Source: Phallusia mammillata (Eukaryota). From it: 64,000 nucleotides of DNA. Numbering within the stretch: the stretch's first letter is position 1; each line of letters starts with the position of its first letter. The position numbers and the translations under genes are program-made. A model generated the notes under the pieces. It did not search any database and had not been told where the DNA came from. It was given only the letters and a program-made list of their open reading frames with translations. The DNA is taken from positions 28,954,001-29,018,000 of the forward strand of contig OZ281495.1 of assembly GCA_965637545.1 (NCBI GenBank). Reading direction: 5' to 3'. Positions 1-12,900 of the stretch are shown here, piece after piece.

Positions 1-8
1 TTACTTAC

Positions 9-863
9 TCGGTAGCTTCCCGCTTGTGACGTAGATGTTTTCTCCAAGTGCTCCGTACGTGGGATGATAAACTTTCACTCCATGAGAATAAACACATTTA
101 TCAGCTTTGCTTTGAGCGAGAAAAGCGATGCTAACGTCCCAAGTCATCAGTCTCATGTCAGAGGCTGATGGAGAAACCTAAAAAACAAATTCTTGCACAA
201 TTTGTTTTAAGTCGTTTTTCGTATGCAGTATGGACAATTTTAATGTACTGCATAGCACCACCTATAACCAATTGCTGTGAGATATGAACTATAACATGAT
301 GTTGCATAAAATAACTGAAGGGTCGTAAGGCAGGCTGACCATTTTGGTTTAGGTTCGGGCTTAGTTCCAGCAAAACGGGATTGCTTCGGGCCTTATTTTC
401 ACACTTAGCACCAATTGTGTAGCAATTTCATCAACTTTGTTGCCTAATTTAAGCTTTTTTGGAAAAAAAACAACGGTTTCGAGCCACAATTTCGCGTCCG
501 CAAGCAATTTAAAGATACGTATCAAGTTATATTACATTTTACTGTTTGGTGTGACTATTTTAAAATCTTTGCCTATTTTTGTGACTACTTTAAAACAACA
601 AATTTATTTTTGAACAAAGTAATTTTTTTTACAAAGAACAGCATTAAATACCTACTAGATTGGTCTATCTTTTTAAACCAGCGCTTTTAAAACTTCTTTT
701 TCCTAACTTTTGCAGCCTGTTTTTCATGTGATAAACCCACCTGTCTTCTATATAGGTTGTGAGCGTCGAGAAGCTTCTTGTTTTCGTTTACTGTCAGTTT
801 TGCTGACGTCACAGTGACGAAATAGGCAATGACCACGTAGAAACAAGCGTAAACAACAGACAT
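9..863 (-). CDS. Secreted CAP/SCP-domain protein (CRISP/PI16/GLIPR-like), 5' partial: exons 863-741 and 177-9; gene continues off the left edge
   Basis: Spliced translation MSVVYACFYVVIAYFVTVTSAKLTVNENKKLLDAHNLYRRQ|VSPSASDMRLMTWDVSIAFLAQSKADKCVYSHGVKVYHPTYGALGENIYVTSGKLP. It shows a signal-peptide-like N-terminus and the CAP motifs HN-x-YR, P-A-x-x-M-x-x-M-x-WD, C-x-x-x-H and GENIY. GT-AG junctions with matching phase 0. Confidence 0.9.
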
Positions 864-1972
864 GGTCTTTGGTGTACAAAAACATAAACTGCTACAAACC
901 GCAAACTGTAAACAAAATACGAGAGCTGATTAGGTCCGGGTTATAAATCAACTTATTGGTTCCACAATGCTCATCAGTCACAACCTAATAACAAAAGATT
1001 AACCAATGTTTTAAACTGTTCGGATATAAAGTGGTAAACGCAACCCAATTAATGTTTTTCCTCCGTTCCACTTTATTTGATACCTAAAAACGACATTTAG
1101 GTTTAATCTACCAAGAGTTGTAAGTCGGGTCGTAATTTCTGCTTTGGGGTCAAGCCATTTTGGCTTTGGAAAAAAGGTAGTCAATTTTTAACTTCGTCAC
1201 ATTTTAGTTCACTTATTACACGAATATTCTTTAAGCAGGGTGTATATTGATTTATTTTATACCACCGTACATTCCGAAGTTCTTTTAGTAGGTCCATCTG
1301 CTGAAATGGTACATTCGGCACACTAAGCTTCCAGGCCTAATGTTTAGTTTAATTTAACATTCGAATTTAAAGTATATGCATGGTTACAATTCTGTTGTTA
1401 ATATTTTGTCAAAGTTGTCACTCAGAATTCGACAGCTACAGTATCGCTCATTTAACCGAATGTTCAATAACTTGTAAGTTGCGTATCGACGAACTGCGCT
1501 ATTTAATACACCGAGACCGGAATTGCAATTAAGTTCCTCCTCGCAACGCATTTCGCCAATAGCCAAGTTATTTTCATTCCAATAGCTGTTTCAGGGTCAT
1601 ATGCATCCCACGGGACTTTGCACTATCGGTCGAAATCCCATAGCTACTGAACGGAGCTATAAGATTATCAACGTGTAAATTTGTTTGCCGCACTGTTAAT
1701 GCATTGGCGGTTATGAAAAGGTGTCAAAACAATGATATACTTCCTCTTGCGCTCCTAACGTTCGACAGGAAACGAACAGATGATGGAGACCGCAACGATA
1801 GCTCTAGATCTAGTTAAATGTGCAACGTGTTCTAAAATAAAATAAGACCTCTAGCTACATGTCTCAAAGCAGACTGAATTACAGTTTTTAGCGTTGTTTT
1901 AAATGATTTTTTAACATGTGCAAATATAAAATACTGAGCAGACATTTCGTCCACCAGGTTGCATATTTAAGA

Positions 1973-2360
1973 AAATTTGTCGTTCAACTGGTGTAATGCT
2001 GAACAAAATACTAATTGTTGTTTTTAAGAACTTGTATTTCGCTAACGTTTCACCAAACAGAACGGTAGGGCTTCATCAGAGCAATGAACGATATAATGCG
2101 AGCACAACAGGCGAAAATGCACAAGAGCAGCGGGATATAACGTAAAGTAATTATAAGAGAACAAAGGCTTATCGTGACAATTGTCACATTATAGCACACT
2201 CAACCCATCACGATAAGCCTTTGTTCTCTTATAATTACTTTACGTTATATCCTGCTGCGCTTGTGCATTTTCGCCTGTTCTTAAAAAAAAAAAAAATACA
2301 AGTTCTTAAAAACAACAATTAGTATTTTGTTCAGCATTACACCAGTTAAACGACAAATTT
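1973..2360. repeat. Large interrupted inverted repeat (arms 1973-2039/2294-2360 and 2106-2177/2208-2279)
   Basis: Outer arms (67 bp) have 1 mismatch and inner arms (72 bp) have 2 mismatches as reverse complements; 30-nt spacer. The right arm lacks the segment corresponding to 2040-2105. Confidence 0.9.
2039..2084 (-). ncRNA. Minimal type I hammerhead ribozyme-like motif (degenerate stem II)
   Basis: Minus strand reads UUGCU CUGAUGA A GCC..GGU GAAA C GUU AGCGA: intact core, ACGU palindromic stem III, 5-bp stem I (UUGCU/AGCGA). Stem II is only 3 bp in this copy. Confidence 0.55.
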
Positions 2361-3859
2361 TGTTGAAAAAAAGGTGCAAATAACTTAACTTTCATCTTAA
2401 AATGTTTACGCGTAATCAATGTGGGTTTAATAAGGGTCACCGCAAGTCAAAACCTATTTTCGACAAGTTAAAAACCTAACACCCTTGACATTTACCTCAA
2501 TCAAATTAGCAATCGGTTTCAGGTCGCTCTGCCGGTAAACCATCGGTCACAAACTTTACAAAATTAATGCTTCCCATTACCAAACACGCTATCCGGCTTT
2601 CTAGGTTACAGTGTTGCCTTTGGGGGTCATTAATTGTCCATCAACAACTTCCTAAACCCGACAGTTTTCATGAATTGATGCCAGACAACCCATTGCTATT
2701 GCTGCTGAAATCTATATTTAGCTGTACTTGCACAAATGAGGCCAAAATCTTTGACCGCTCGGCTGATCTAGGCCAAAATTATCGCTTCGTTTGGTTGGTT
2801 CGTTGGTAATGCACCAGACAAAAGGCCAGTTGTGATTGAATTATTTCAGCAAAGCTCCAAATTGCAGAGCATTTTCTTTCAGATTACCTGCATAAGGACT
2901 TTTAGGTTGAAGTAAAAACCTATAAACTTGGTACTTTCGGTTAAAAAGACATTGGTCTAGTACAGCCTTTTATATGTTATCCGAGTAATGTAGTTATAAC
3001 TACCATATTGAGGTCTGCAAAATGAATCTAAACTACCAAAATATGCAATAACTTTCGTATGTAAGCAATACTATTTGACCGCTACGTAAAAAATACAAAT
3101 ATATTACAATGCACAACTAAGCCAAAAGCCAAACCGTATACTGTCTTAAACCACAGTTTAATAAAATCTTTCAATATTTTTTAAACAAAAGGCACAACCA
3201 ATATTTTACGCTCAAAATTTAGACAGTGGCCTAGAAAAGATTTTTAGTTGATTGGGCAGCCTGCGGGCAGATCACCGTTTCCTCTTATCGTGTTTATAAT
3301 TTTATCGTGTTTAGTCTAAACAACATTTCTGACTAGCGACCTAAACCACACTAAACCTGCTTTACATTACAACCGACGCCCTAAACTTTTGGCATTGTGA
3401 CATAGGACTGTCCGTGCCGAAATCATATCACTGAAAGCAATCAATGCTAACTGCATTAGGAAAGCTAAGTAATTCGATACCAGGTAGTGTGGCTGTACCG
3501 CAGTCCTGTTTCCCTCGCAAATCAAGTACAGTTACAAAAAACATATATAAATGACTTTATCCTATATTTTGCTCTTTTAAAGCTTGATATCAAGTTACTT
3601 TTTTCTTTTGTTTTGAAACCATTAACAATGTATATGACACTGAGTGCTATGTGTGGCGAGAACAATTCAACATGCGGTCTCGCGCAAAATGAATTGTTTT
3701 TACATATGCGCTGAGCACTTGAAACAAAGTTTCAAGACAACTTTTAAAAACTACACTTGTTATGCTTGTCTTTCGTTAAAAACCTGCGTAATAAAGCGAA
3801 CAACCTGCATTTAGCAAAAATGTCTTCGTACCTGCTTTTGCCTTCTAGACCTCTTAAAG

Positions 3860-4462
3860 CAGTGGTTCTCAAACTTTTTTGACCGCGACCCAAATCTGAG
3901 TATTATGAACATCTCACGACCCAAGCCTCAAACGTCAAATAATGTATTAACAAGACGAACGGCAATTTCGAGGCCATGTCGTCGTCGCCGCATAGGAGTT
4001 TGCCCATGTGAAAATAGCTGCAGGCTTAACGAGCTCGATTCGATAACACTACTAAACACAACACATTGAGGCTTTGCAGCACCATAATCATTGATAGAAG
4101 TGAATCCCAAATCTAAAAATGTTTCCTGTACGAATACTTACTCATCTTTAAACGCTAACTGTTACATCTCCAGGTTCAGTTTCGCTTGATTAACTTTTAT
4201 TCCCCGTTCTATGACGTTACAATCTCCATGTGCGTAACAGTAAAGTTGGAAGGCTATTGTCTGTATGTTGCAATGTTTAGTTCATTTTACTGTACAAGGT
4301 GGTCGAGTGAGGTGACTTTACTACTACATTAAGTAAATTCGTTTGTGTTTACTTAATGCACTAATAGTTCGTTTGGGCAGAATTGAATCACCATAGCGCG
4401 AACCATTTTTTGACCCTGCGCGACCCATGTTTGGGTCGCGACCCATACTTTGAGAACCACTG
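3860..4462. mobile_element. hAT-type MITE
   Basis: TIR CAGTGGTTCTCAAA / TTTGAGAACCACTG; perfect 8-bp TSD TCTTAAAG at 3852-3859 and 4463-4470. Confidence 0.9.
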
Positions 4463-5456
4463 TCTTAAAGCGTTTTACTAAACCTAATTTCAGCTATTGC
4501 AAACTGTTTGCAGGCAGCATGCTGTTTTAACTGGACACAAGCGCCTTTTTTTCTTTTTTAAAACTGGACATGGCCTGCGTGCGGCAAAAAGGTTTACAAA
4601 AACACCTCGCTTACAAACTCGCTTTATTCTTTTAAACTGGAAAAGAACATACTACGCATGCGACATCCATCTACTACAACTGATACTCTAGTTGTATCAA
4701 CTTAACAGTAAAGTTTGTTGTCGTTTTTGCAGCCGGCACACAAAGCACTTAGTAGTTTACTTGTACTTAACTTCCGTGAGACTGTCGGTGCCTGTGTCGT
4801 CACCTCCTTCTCTATTTTCCCCCTACTTACAAACTATAACTTCCACCCCTTATAAAGAGGCTGATCACATGTTTACAATAAACACCGAGAAACAGGGATA
4901 TCCACATCATTGTCGGAGAATTGCGTTAGTTAATGGGGGAAGTCTTAATAAATATTGCGCAGCGGTATACAACAACACGCGGAAAATCAGTATGCATTTT
5001 GTCTTTAAGAGCAATCCAATATGCCGTGTGCCCAACTTGGTACTTCTTAATCGTAAATCGTTTATGTTTACCAGTGGTAAAAGTCAAAGGCAATAATTTT
5101 TATCACACTAATTCTACCAAACTAAAAGTCTAGCTTACTTTTATTTACCTCCAACGCATATTCAAATCAACCATGTAGACTAATTTAGTACCAGGTAAAA
5201 CCCTTTGCTTTCGTTTGACAAAACATTTAACCGATTTATATGCACAAACACAGTGAAAACTAACCCAGATTATATCTACCAAGCCTTGTAATTTTTTTGA
5301 ATCAAACTGCTAAATTCACAATGTTTTTAGGCCTTTATGAGACAGGACGCATAAATGAGAAACGGATTTCATTTTTCCGCTTCCTAATGGAAATCCTTAA
5401 ACGCCGAATGAAAAGAGTAAAAACTCGTTTAATATTTTTGACATCAACAAATAGAT

Positions 5457-5880
5457 CAGTGGTTCCCAAACTTTTTCATATTTTCATATTTTTTTCAAAA
5501 CGGTCCCTTTGCCATTTTTTCGAGGGCTCGCGGTCCTTAAACCTAAATGTGTATTACATAAAAACGAAAGTTGATTGCATGATTTTAGCTAGTTATGCAA
5601 AATTGCGCATAACAATCATCCAAAGACAGCATGTGACATCACAAACAGGACAAAAACCATTACGATTGTGCGCGAACAATTGCATTTTTGATAGTTTTTA
5701 ATAAAGGCCATTGTTTAGCAATGAAGACAGTCGATTCTCAATTCTACTTTGATTTAAACTTATTTAGTGGCACAAACTGACGCCAAATAAGATTATAGAA
5801 TTACTTCAACCGCTTCGCGGTCCCCCAAAATTGCCTCACGGACCCCTAAAGGACCGCGGACCCCAGTTTGGGAACCGCTG
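5457..5880. mobile_element. hAT-type MITE
   Basis: TIR CAGTGGTTCCCAAAC / GTTTGGGAACCGCTG; perfect 8-bp TSD AAATAGAT. Confidence 0.9.
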
Positions 5881-6914
5881 AAATAGATAATCGGAATTTT
5901 TCTTGTTGTTTGTAAGGTTTTACGAAAGCTCATTTTCTTGCATTAAAAACTAAACCAGACGTTTTAGAACGCAACTTAGAATTCCTGGCTTAAAAAAAAC
6001 AACTTTTTGCTGTTTAATAAATAATAAATTTGACACCTTTGTTCACTGACTTAAACTTGAATAAAATCATTGTAGATTTTTTCAATTTATATTCCTAACT
6101 CTGTTCAAGTGTTTTTAAATACATTTGCTTTCTTTATACCCCTCTTGCCTTTTTCTCAAGCTTTTGTGCCACGCCTTAGCTGACGCCACAACGGCCGTCA
6201 TTTTTTTCAGGCGCCCCAGTTACGTAAGTTCCCATGCCGAACAAAATTACTTCGAGATATGATTTTCTATGTCGCTCTTTTACCAACAGAAGAATTCGAT
6301 TTGATACGTCAAAAATTGACGCCCTTTTTTGTGAAACTTTGCTGATGTAAGCGTCTCAAATTTTGGCGTCCATTTATATTGTTTCCGCCCTCCAAAGTGG
6401 CTTTTAAATATTTTTGTATCATATTTATCTGGGAGAAGTGTATTGATGTGATTCAATGCGGTTTTTGGCAAAGTAACAAGTCCATGTTGAATCGAAAGTC
6501 TATGGAAAGTTGCATTGTTGTTTATAATATCTTTTTTTCACGTGCACAAATCAGTTTAAAGAACTATTAGTGAAAATTTGTTTGACTTATTTACCATTAG
6601 AAACCTTAGTATTTTTTGAAATATTGATTCGAAATGGAAAGAATTATCGGTAATAATTGGGACACGGCATTTAACATTTTTTCCTGACATGGTCAAAAAG
6701 ACAATTGTCCATGGCAAAAAAAGTAAAAAAATACTTCGATCTTTGGTACACGTCGTGTTAAAAGGCATTAACACAAGCCCAACGCACATCGCCAATCAAA
6801 TACCGGTTCTAAAAGGTGCTTTGCGATTATCATTGACCTGATGGTACGATCCGTCAAGATAAAACTACTTCCTATATCTTAACGTGAAGAAGGTCGCCCG
6901 GTCAGGTTCCTGTC

Positions 6915-7343
6915 TTCCCAAGTACTTCACAACTAAGTTTGGCACCTTAGTTTCTACCATCATGTCTGCTTTTAAAACTATCGCAATTTAATTGTGTTGC
7001 ACAGTTTACTGCACAAATCGTGTTACTGACAAGCCGTAGGTCTAAACTTGCTGAAAGCACATTTGTCGTCTTACGCATTATTAAATAGCAAAATTCCAAT
7101 TGAAAAAATATGCCACTGAAACGATTACATGTTTCTAACGGATTTAAAATGTCCATGACTTTAATAATTTTGTGCAAAATGTAGTGCAGCATAATCAATA
7201 CACTATATTCCAACCTTTGCGTTCAGCCTAAGAAGACAAAACGCTGATTTCAAATAAACATATTCCCGAGTTGTAAAGACAATGACCTTAAAGTCGCCTC
7301 TTTTATACTTCGCAACTTTTGAAGCGACACAGTCAATACCCTG
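6915..7343 (+). pseudogene. Possible decayed hAT transposase C-terminus followed by an element end
   Basis: Frame from 6915 reads FPSTSQLSLAP*FLPS...LLTSRRSKLAESTFVVLRIIK*QN, loosely like the hAT dimerisation motif (FP..L...LP.S..ERLFS...T.RR..L...FE.LL.LK.N). A CAGGGTATTGACT-type terminus (reverse complement) ends at 7343. Similarity judged by eye only. Confidence 0.3.
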
Positions 7344-8647
7344 TATTTTACCCTGCATTTAGCCAACAGAAGACAACAATGAATCGATTCAACCAAAGGT
7401 TTTCCTCTATGTTAATCAGTCTATGGTGTGTTGTACACATACAGGACGTGTAAAGAATACAACGTTAAGCGTCAATGGCGATTATCAGTGGCCTGGTGCT
7501 ATATTGAACGGCATAAAGCTTCTAATAGCGTCCATTTCCTTCACTTTAACATTGAAAAATAATTAACTGTCTGCAATCAATGTACATTGATAAATGGCTA
7601 AATGCATCTCGATGAAACATATATAATTAACCGTCTGGCTATAGTTAAGTCATTATTTTATCTTTTTTAGGGCGAAAGGGATGATAACATTTGCATTTAG
7701 ATGTCTGGTTGAAGGCATTTTGTGTGGATGACCTCAAACAACTTTACAGATCAAAACGGTTTCTCGAAAATTTTGTTGCTTTGGAGTTTGAAGACGTGTG
7801 CTTCGAACCAAAAGGCTATATGGTTTCTTGCAGGTACATGAGTTTGACCTTCCTATGCCCTTGTCACTTAAACAGCCATTGAAAGGTTCACACCAATTGC
7901 TATGCGTCATATTTGACCCTTGTCGCAAGCAAACATGTCTTGTAACATTTTGGCCACCCTGTTATTTTAAGGAAAAACCACCTTTATCCGGCAATTATAA
8001 ACTTACAAGGTATTTTGAGACCTATTTTCGAAAATCGTGTATATTGTGTTCTACTTTTACCAAAACGATATATTGGAAATTGATTACAAAGAACACGAGA
8101 AATGGTTTACTACATGTGTCTTCCAAGAAGAGAAAAGTTCAGTGCATGTTCAAAAGTTGTAAAAAGCTTCAAATCAGTTTTATTTACAAATCTTGCCAGA
8201 AAAACGTGCTGAACTTGCGGTCACACGCGCCAACCTTGCAATACAAGGCCACGAATGGCGGAACCAAAATGTCTGAACAACCCTTACTCACTTATGACAA
8301 GGTCAAGGTTGTGACTGGTATGCTGTTGCTGTTGCTTTCACAGGAAGGCATCGAGCATTGAAATTGGCTGAAGAATGCCCCACACATGCACTTTGTGACA
8401 TCACAGTGCGTATTGTGTCTTCGAACGAGTTGAATATTCACTAGTGAAGGTCGTTGCGCCAAATGATTGGGAACCATATAAAATGCAATTTCCTTTTTGG
8501 CAAAGGCTTCGATTACGTAATGCTTGGTTTGTGACGTAGTATACGGGTTTTGTGACGTAACATTGTTGGAAATCATTTTTCTACGAATACAGTAGTTTTT
8601 GTTCAGTTTTGCGGCATGACTGGAGATATTTTTAGAGTAACTATAAC

Positions 8648-8857
8648 CAGTGGTGGGATTCCGGGTGTTCTCACCAGTTCTACAGTAAACCGTCCCACGA
8701 AAATTTATGAGATCAGCGAACCGGTTAGCATTACTGGTTACTGTCAATGGACATTTGGTAACAGAACCGGCTGAAAAATATAACTTTGTCATGGAACTGG
8801 CTGTAAAATATAACTTTGTCATAGAACCGGCCGAAAAAATTTTGAATTGCACCACTG
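8648..8857. mobile_element. hAT-type MITE with internal 30-bp tandem repeats
   Basis: TIR CAGTGGTGGGATTC / GAATTGCACCACTG; TSD ACTATAAC/ACTATAAG (7/8); about 2.5 copies of AGAACCGGCTGAAAAATATAACTTTGTCAT. A second family member lies at 62441-62627. Confidence 0.8.
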
Positions 8858-9980
8858 ACTATAAGCTTTCTTTTCGTTTAATTGGCGCCATAAACTTTTG
8901 CATCCTTAAAGCCGAACAGCACGAATACAGGTAAGGGGACATGAAAACTAATTTGTTGTGTGAAATGCACTTTGCAAACATGTCATGTCAAATCAATGCT
9001 TGTTATGCAGCTGTGTTATATCCTGCTGTTGTATTCCAGATTAAAGGTTGTCGCTTTCACATGGCGGTACTTGTGTGTGAACGCTGTTTGAAGTAGCATT
9101 TGGCAACATGGGCGCCAATTTATTGATGTTCGTTTTCCTGGGCATGTTCGAGCGATGATGTCACATTGATTGAAATATCCTACTGCTGATCAACCGCATT
9201 TCCTTGAAAAGTTCTTTAGATACGATGTCTGATGTGGAACTCTTTACTTTGCTGACTGATCCTGATTGTAATTATTAAGTTAATTTGTTTTGAATTCCGA
9301 TTTTACTTTGCCTTTTTTTTAGTCTTCACAAAACAATTACCAAATCTGTTTTTACATGTGCTCAGCAGCCTGTTTGCTATCGTTTTCAATTAAATCAAGC
9401 TAACAATAAAAATACCAATTTAAAATAAAACTGACCGATGTGTTATGGCAGAATAATAACACATTTGAGTGAAGTCATTGTTGAGTATAAAGATTTGCAA
9501 AATCTTGCGATTAAAATTTGTCATTGTTGAGTATAAAGACTGTTTTTAGCAGATAAGTACATGCGACCGTTCATTTTAATAGAACATAGAAATCATAAAT
9601 AGAAATTGCAAAATCTTGCGATTAAAAATTTGCTGAGTAATTAAAAAGTCATGAGTCATACAATACGTCATTGGTGTTGACGTTTACAATAATCCTTCGT
9701 GGCAATATAATAACTGAAATTAAACATGTATTTAGGTTCAATTTGGACGACCCCAATAATTGATTTTAATCAGAAAAATATTTTAGTATATTTTAAAGTT
9801 ATTTTTTAGGAATAAAATGTTGCTTGAATGATATTGTGTTTGGCGATGACAAGTTATAAGAGTGCTGTGTAGCATCGGATTACATATTTCATCTTGTTGG
9901 CAACTTCGACAAATATTTTTTGGTTTCGAAGTTTGTTAATATTCTAGACTTTTTGGAATATATTTTAATTGCAATTAACA

Positions 9981-12900
9981 ATGGCACAGACCGAAATTGA
10001 CGAGCTTTTTGATGTGAAAAATGCCTTTTACTTGGGCCTTTATCAACAGTGCATCAACGAGGCGCAAAAGGCGAAGGTAAATTAATTTAGGTTTTTCTAA
10101 CTTTTACTTCATATTTTTTTGCATTTGTTTATGTTTATGCCAACATCAAAATGCTGGTCTGAAACGTTTTGCACGTTTGCAAGCAAATTTTGTTACAATT
10201 CAAATTGCAACCTTACTTTCATCAAAAGTACTCAATGAAAAGATTTTAATTTCTGAATTTTGTCACCAAAACCGAATTACTGTTCTGCGGCAATTATAAC
10301 CAGGTCCTAACATTATTTTGTTGTATGCAAACGTGTGTGTGGAAAAAAAGCAATTCTTTGACCAGCTGATTTTGTACAAACAAGTTGTCTACTTAATGAG
10401 GTTTAAATTAAACAGTTATGATTTTTAAATTGTATATATGTGTGCAGGCACTATATGACTATGCTGAAATTTGCAACATTATTGTTTACATGTTTTAATT
10501 ATTTTAGCAATTGTAGTACTATTTAAAGCCTATCATAATATTTTTTTTCCAGGTTAGCTCACAATTGAAAAAGACTGAGCGAGATGTTTTTATGTATCGT
10601 GCCTACATTGCCCAACGCAAATATGGAGTTGTTTTGGATGAAATCAAATCTTCTGCTTCATCGGAACTTCAAGCTGTAAGGCTGCTCGCAGACTATTTGT
10701 CCAATCCATCTCGCAAAGACAATGTTTTAAAGGTAAGTCGTTGCTGCAAATAATGTACTGCGAAACGTCTTTTACCTAAAAATATTAAATTAGTGCTTCT
10801 TGAATCTCTATTCATACAACAACATAACCCAGAATTAAACAAACACCAGGCATCAACACTGCCCTACTTGTTTAATATCTAGCGGTCGTGCTTTGCCTCG
10901 GGTACACCCGTTTGCACCCTTTCCGCGTGCATTTCATTTTATCTCTGTTTAATTGTTTTTACATGTTAACTTCGTGTCTCATTTTTTTACCTTTGTGCGT
11001 CACCTAGTTGCATGCCTTCTGTCACTTTTCTTTCTTATAACCTGACGATGACAATAGCACTTGTCGAAACGTAGTTATGTTCTACACAAATATACTGGCT
11101 CTGGCTCTGATTTTTTTGCTCATATACTGTTGTGCTTTTAAAGATTTTAAGTAGTCGTACATTTTACTACATCATAGGCTTAATATTTTGTTTTTTTTAT
11201 TCTTTCAGGCAAACAAAGTTTTTGTACACCTCTTGTGTTAGTTTGTTTATGTTTCGTTTAATGCATTTTATCCTTTTTTATTGTTTATGTAGATCGTTTG
11301 GATTATTTAACAGTAAAACAGTACATTTTCTTCGTTTGGTTAAAGCCAAGTCCCTAAAACATGTTGAGTTTGTATATTACAGAAAGTGGAGGAGAGTCTT
11401 TCGGGGAATGTTGACATTGAAAACAAAACACTGCCACTGATGGCTGCTAGTATTTATTACCATGAACTTAATTATGATTCGGCTTTGAGGATTTTGCATA
11501 GCACAGAATCTCTAGAAGCGTAAGTCTTTAGGTTACCTTGTTCAAATTTTTTTTACTTTTGTACTGAACCCACACTATTTCACCCTAAAACAGTTTTGAT
11601 ATTTAATATTATTCATCCTCTAATTACTAATTACAGTGTTTTGTTTTTGATTGCGTTGGTAACAGTGTTTTTTATGTTTTACACATGATGTTGTTTTGGT
11701 AATTACATAAAATTTGTTTTCTCTGTACTACATCATTACCTGATGCATTTTTAAAGAGACTATTGGTTTTATACCTATTTTGCTAAAATGTTTTTGTGCC
11801 ATACAGCAGGGGTGTCAAACTCGTGGGGTTCGGGGGCCACATTGCAGTTTGGAAATTGTGCCGAGGGCCGCATGTGCTTTTCGCTACTACGGCCGCATCG
11901 CAGATTCTTATTTCACCAACAGCCGCCAATTACCTGCTGTTTTTTTGTAATTACAGATGTAAAGAAATCGGTTTATATCACATATATACCAACTATTGAT
12001 GCCCAAGAGCCCAGATTAATTTCCAACTTGACGCACATAGTGAGCTGCACAGTATGAAGATCAGTGTTAATTGTTTATTACGTCATAATTTATATTGTGA
12101 CGCTTGTGATTCCCGTTTTTCCGTATTGTTTGCACACAATAGGCGAACAAGAGTCTGACGCATATGGCTGCTGGTAGCCTAATACTTTTTTCAGTAACAC
12201 GAATCTGTTTAGAGCAGTTTAAAAATCAAAATTTTTGGCAAAAGAGTTTTAATTGCGTCATGGCCGCCAGTGCATATATTTTAATGAACATGTTTACGGC
12301 CGCACAAATATCTGACAAAATAATGTAATTGTTGTTGAGTGTTCGTGGGCCGCATTGGAGGGCTTTGTGGGCCGCGAGTTTGACACCCCTGCCATACAGT
12401 ATATATACATGATCAGTTTTTTTCTTACTGCAGATCTGCACTCACAATCCAAGTCTTGCTTACTATCAATCGTGTTGATCTTGCAAGGTAACTATAAAAA
12501 AATTTGTTGCTTTTGGGACTAAAAAATTAATTGCAAGGCCTCATGCATACCATCACCTATACCAGTGGTTCCCAACCTTTTTTTTGTCGCTACCCAAATA
12601 CTTCCCAAAATTTCGTTTTGTGGTTTCTCGCGACCCATAGACACACATTCTTACTATTTGGGTTGTATTTTTGTTTGCAAATCAGGAAAGCTTTTCGAAA
12701 ATTACTGCGCCAGTTTGAAAAATCAAACAATATTCGTTTTTTTTCGACCAACTTAGAGCTGGTTCAAAGCATTATCAACCAGACAACGCTTAACAGTGAT
12801 CTCACACAAACATTATGAGGTTACAAACAGAATTACCCACTGTCAAGGCAAATTGTTATTGGGCAACAGTTTACACCCTTATAATAAAATAACGCTACGA

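Noticed and set aside
158-373. ORF-track 71-aa ORF overlapping the CAP exon
   Set aside because: Wrong frame; the real exon (177-9) is in a different frame and splices to 863-741.
2570-2880. Minus-strand frame weakly resembling a LINE ORF2 C-terminus
   Set aside because: Multiple stops and no diagnostic motif; cannot be supported without a search.
8270-8450. Possible ParB/sulfiredoxin-like G-x-HR motif (VVT|GRHRALKLA)
   Set aside because: Needs a 26-nt intron, which is too short compared with all other introns here (minimum about 55 nt); likely chance.
8292-8934. 187-aa and 75-aa ORFs with internal repeats (MTKLYF...)
   Set aside because: They run through the 30-bp repeats of the 8648-8857 MITE; no protein family is recognisable.
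9474-9630. Short direct repeats upstream of COPE (GTCATTGTTGAGTATAAAGA x2, TTGCAAAATCTTGCGATTAAAA x2)
   Set aside because: Consistent with a local slippage duplication; no further structure.
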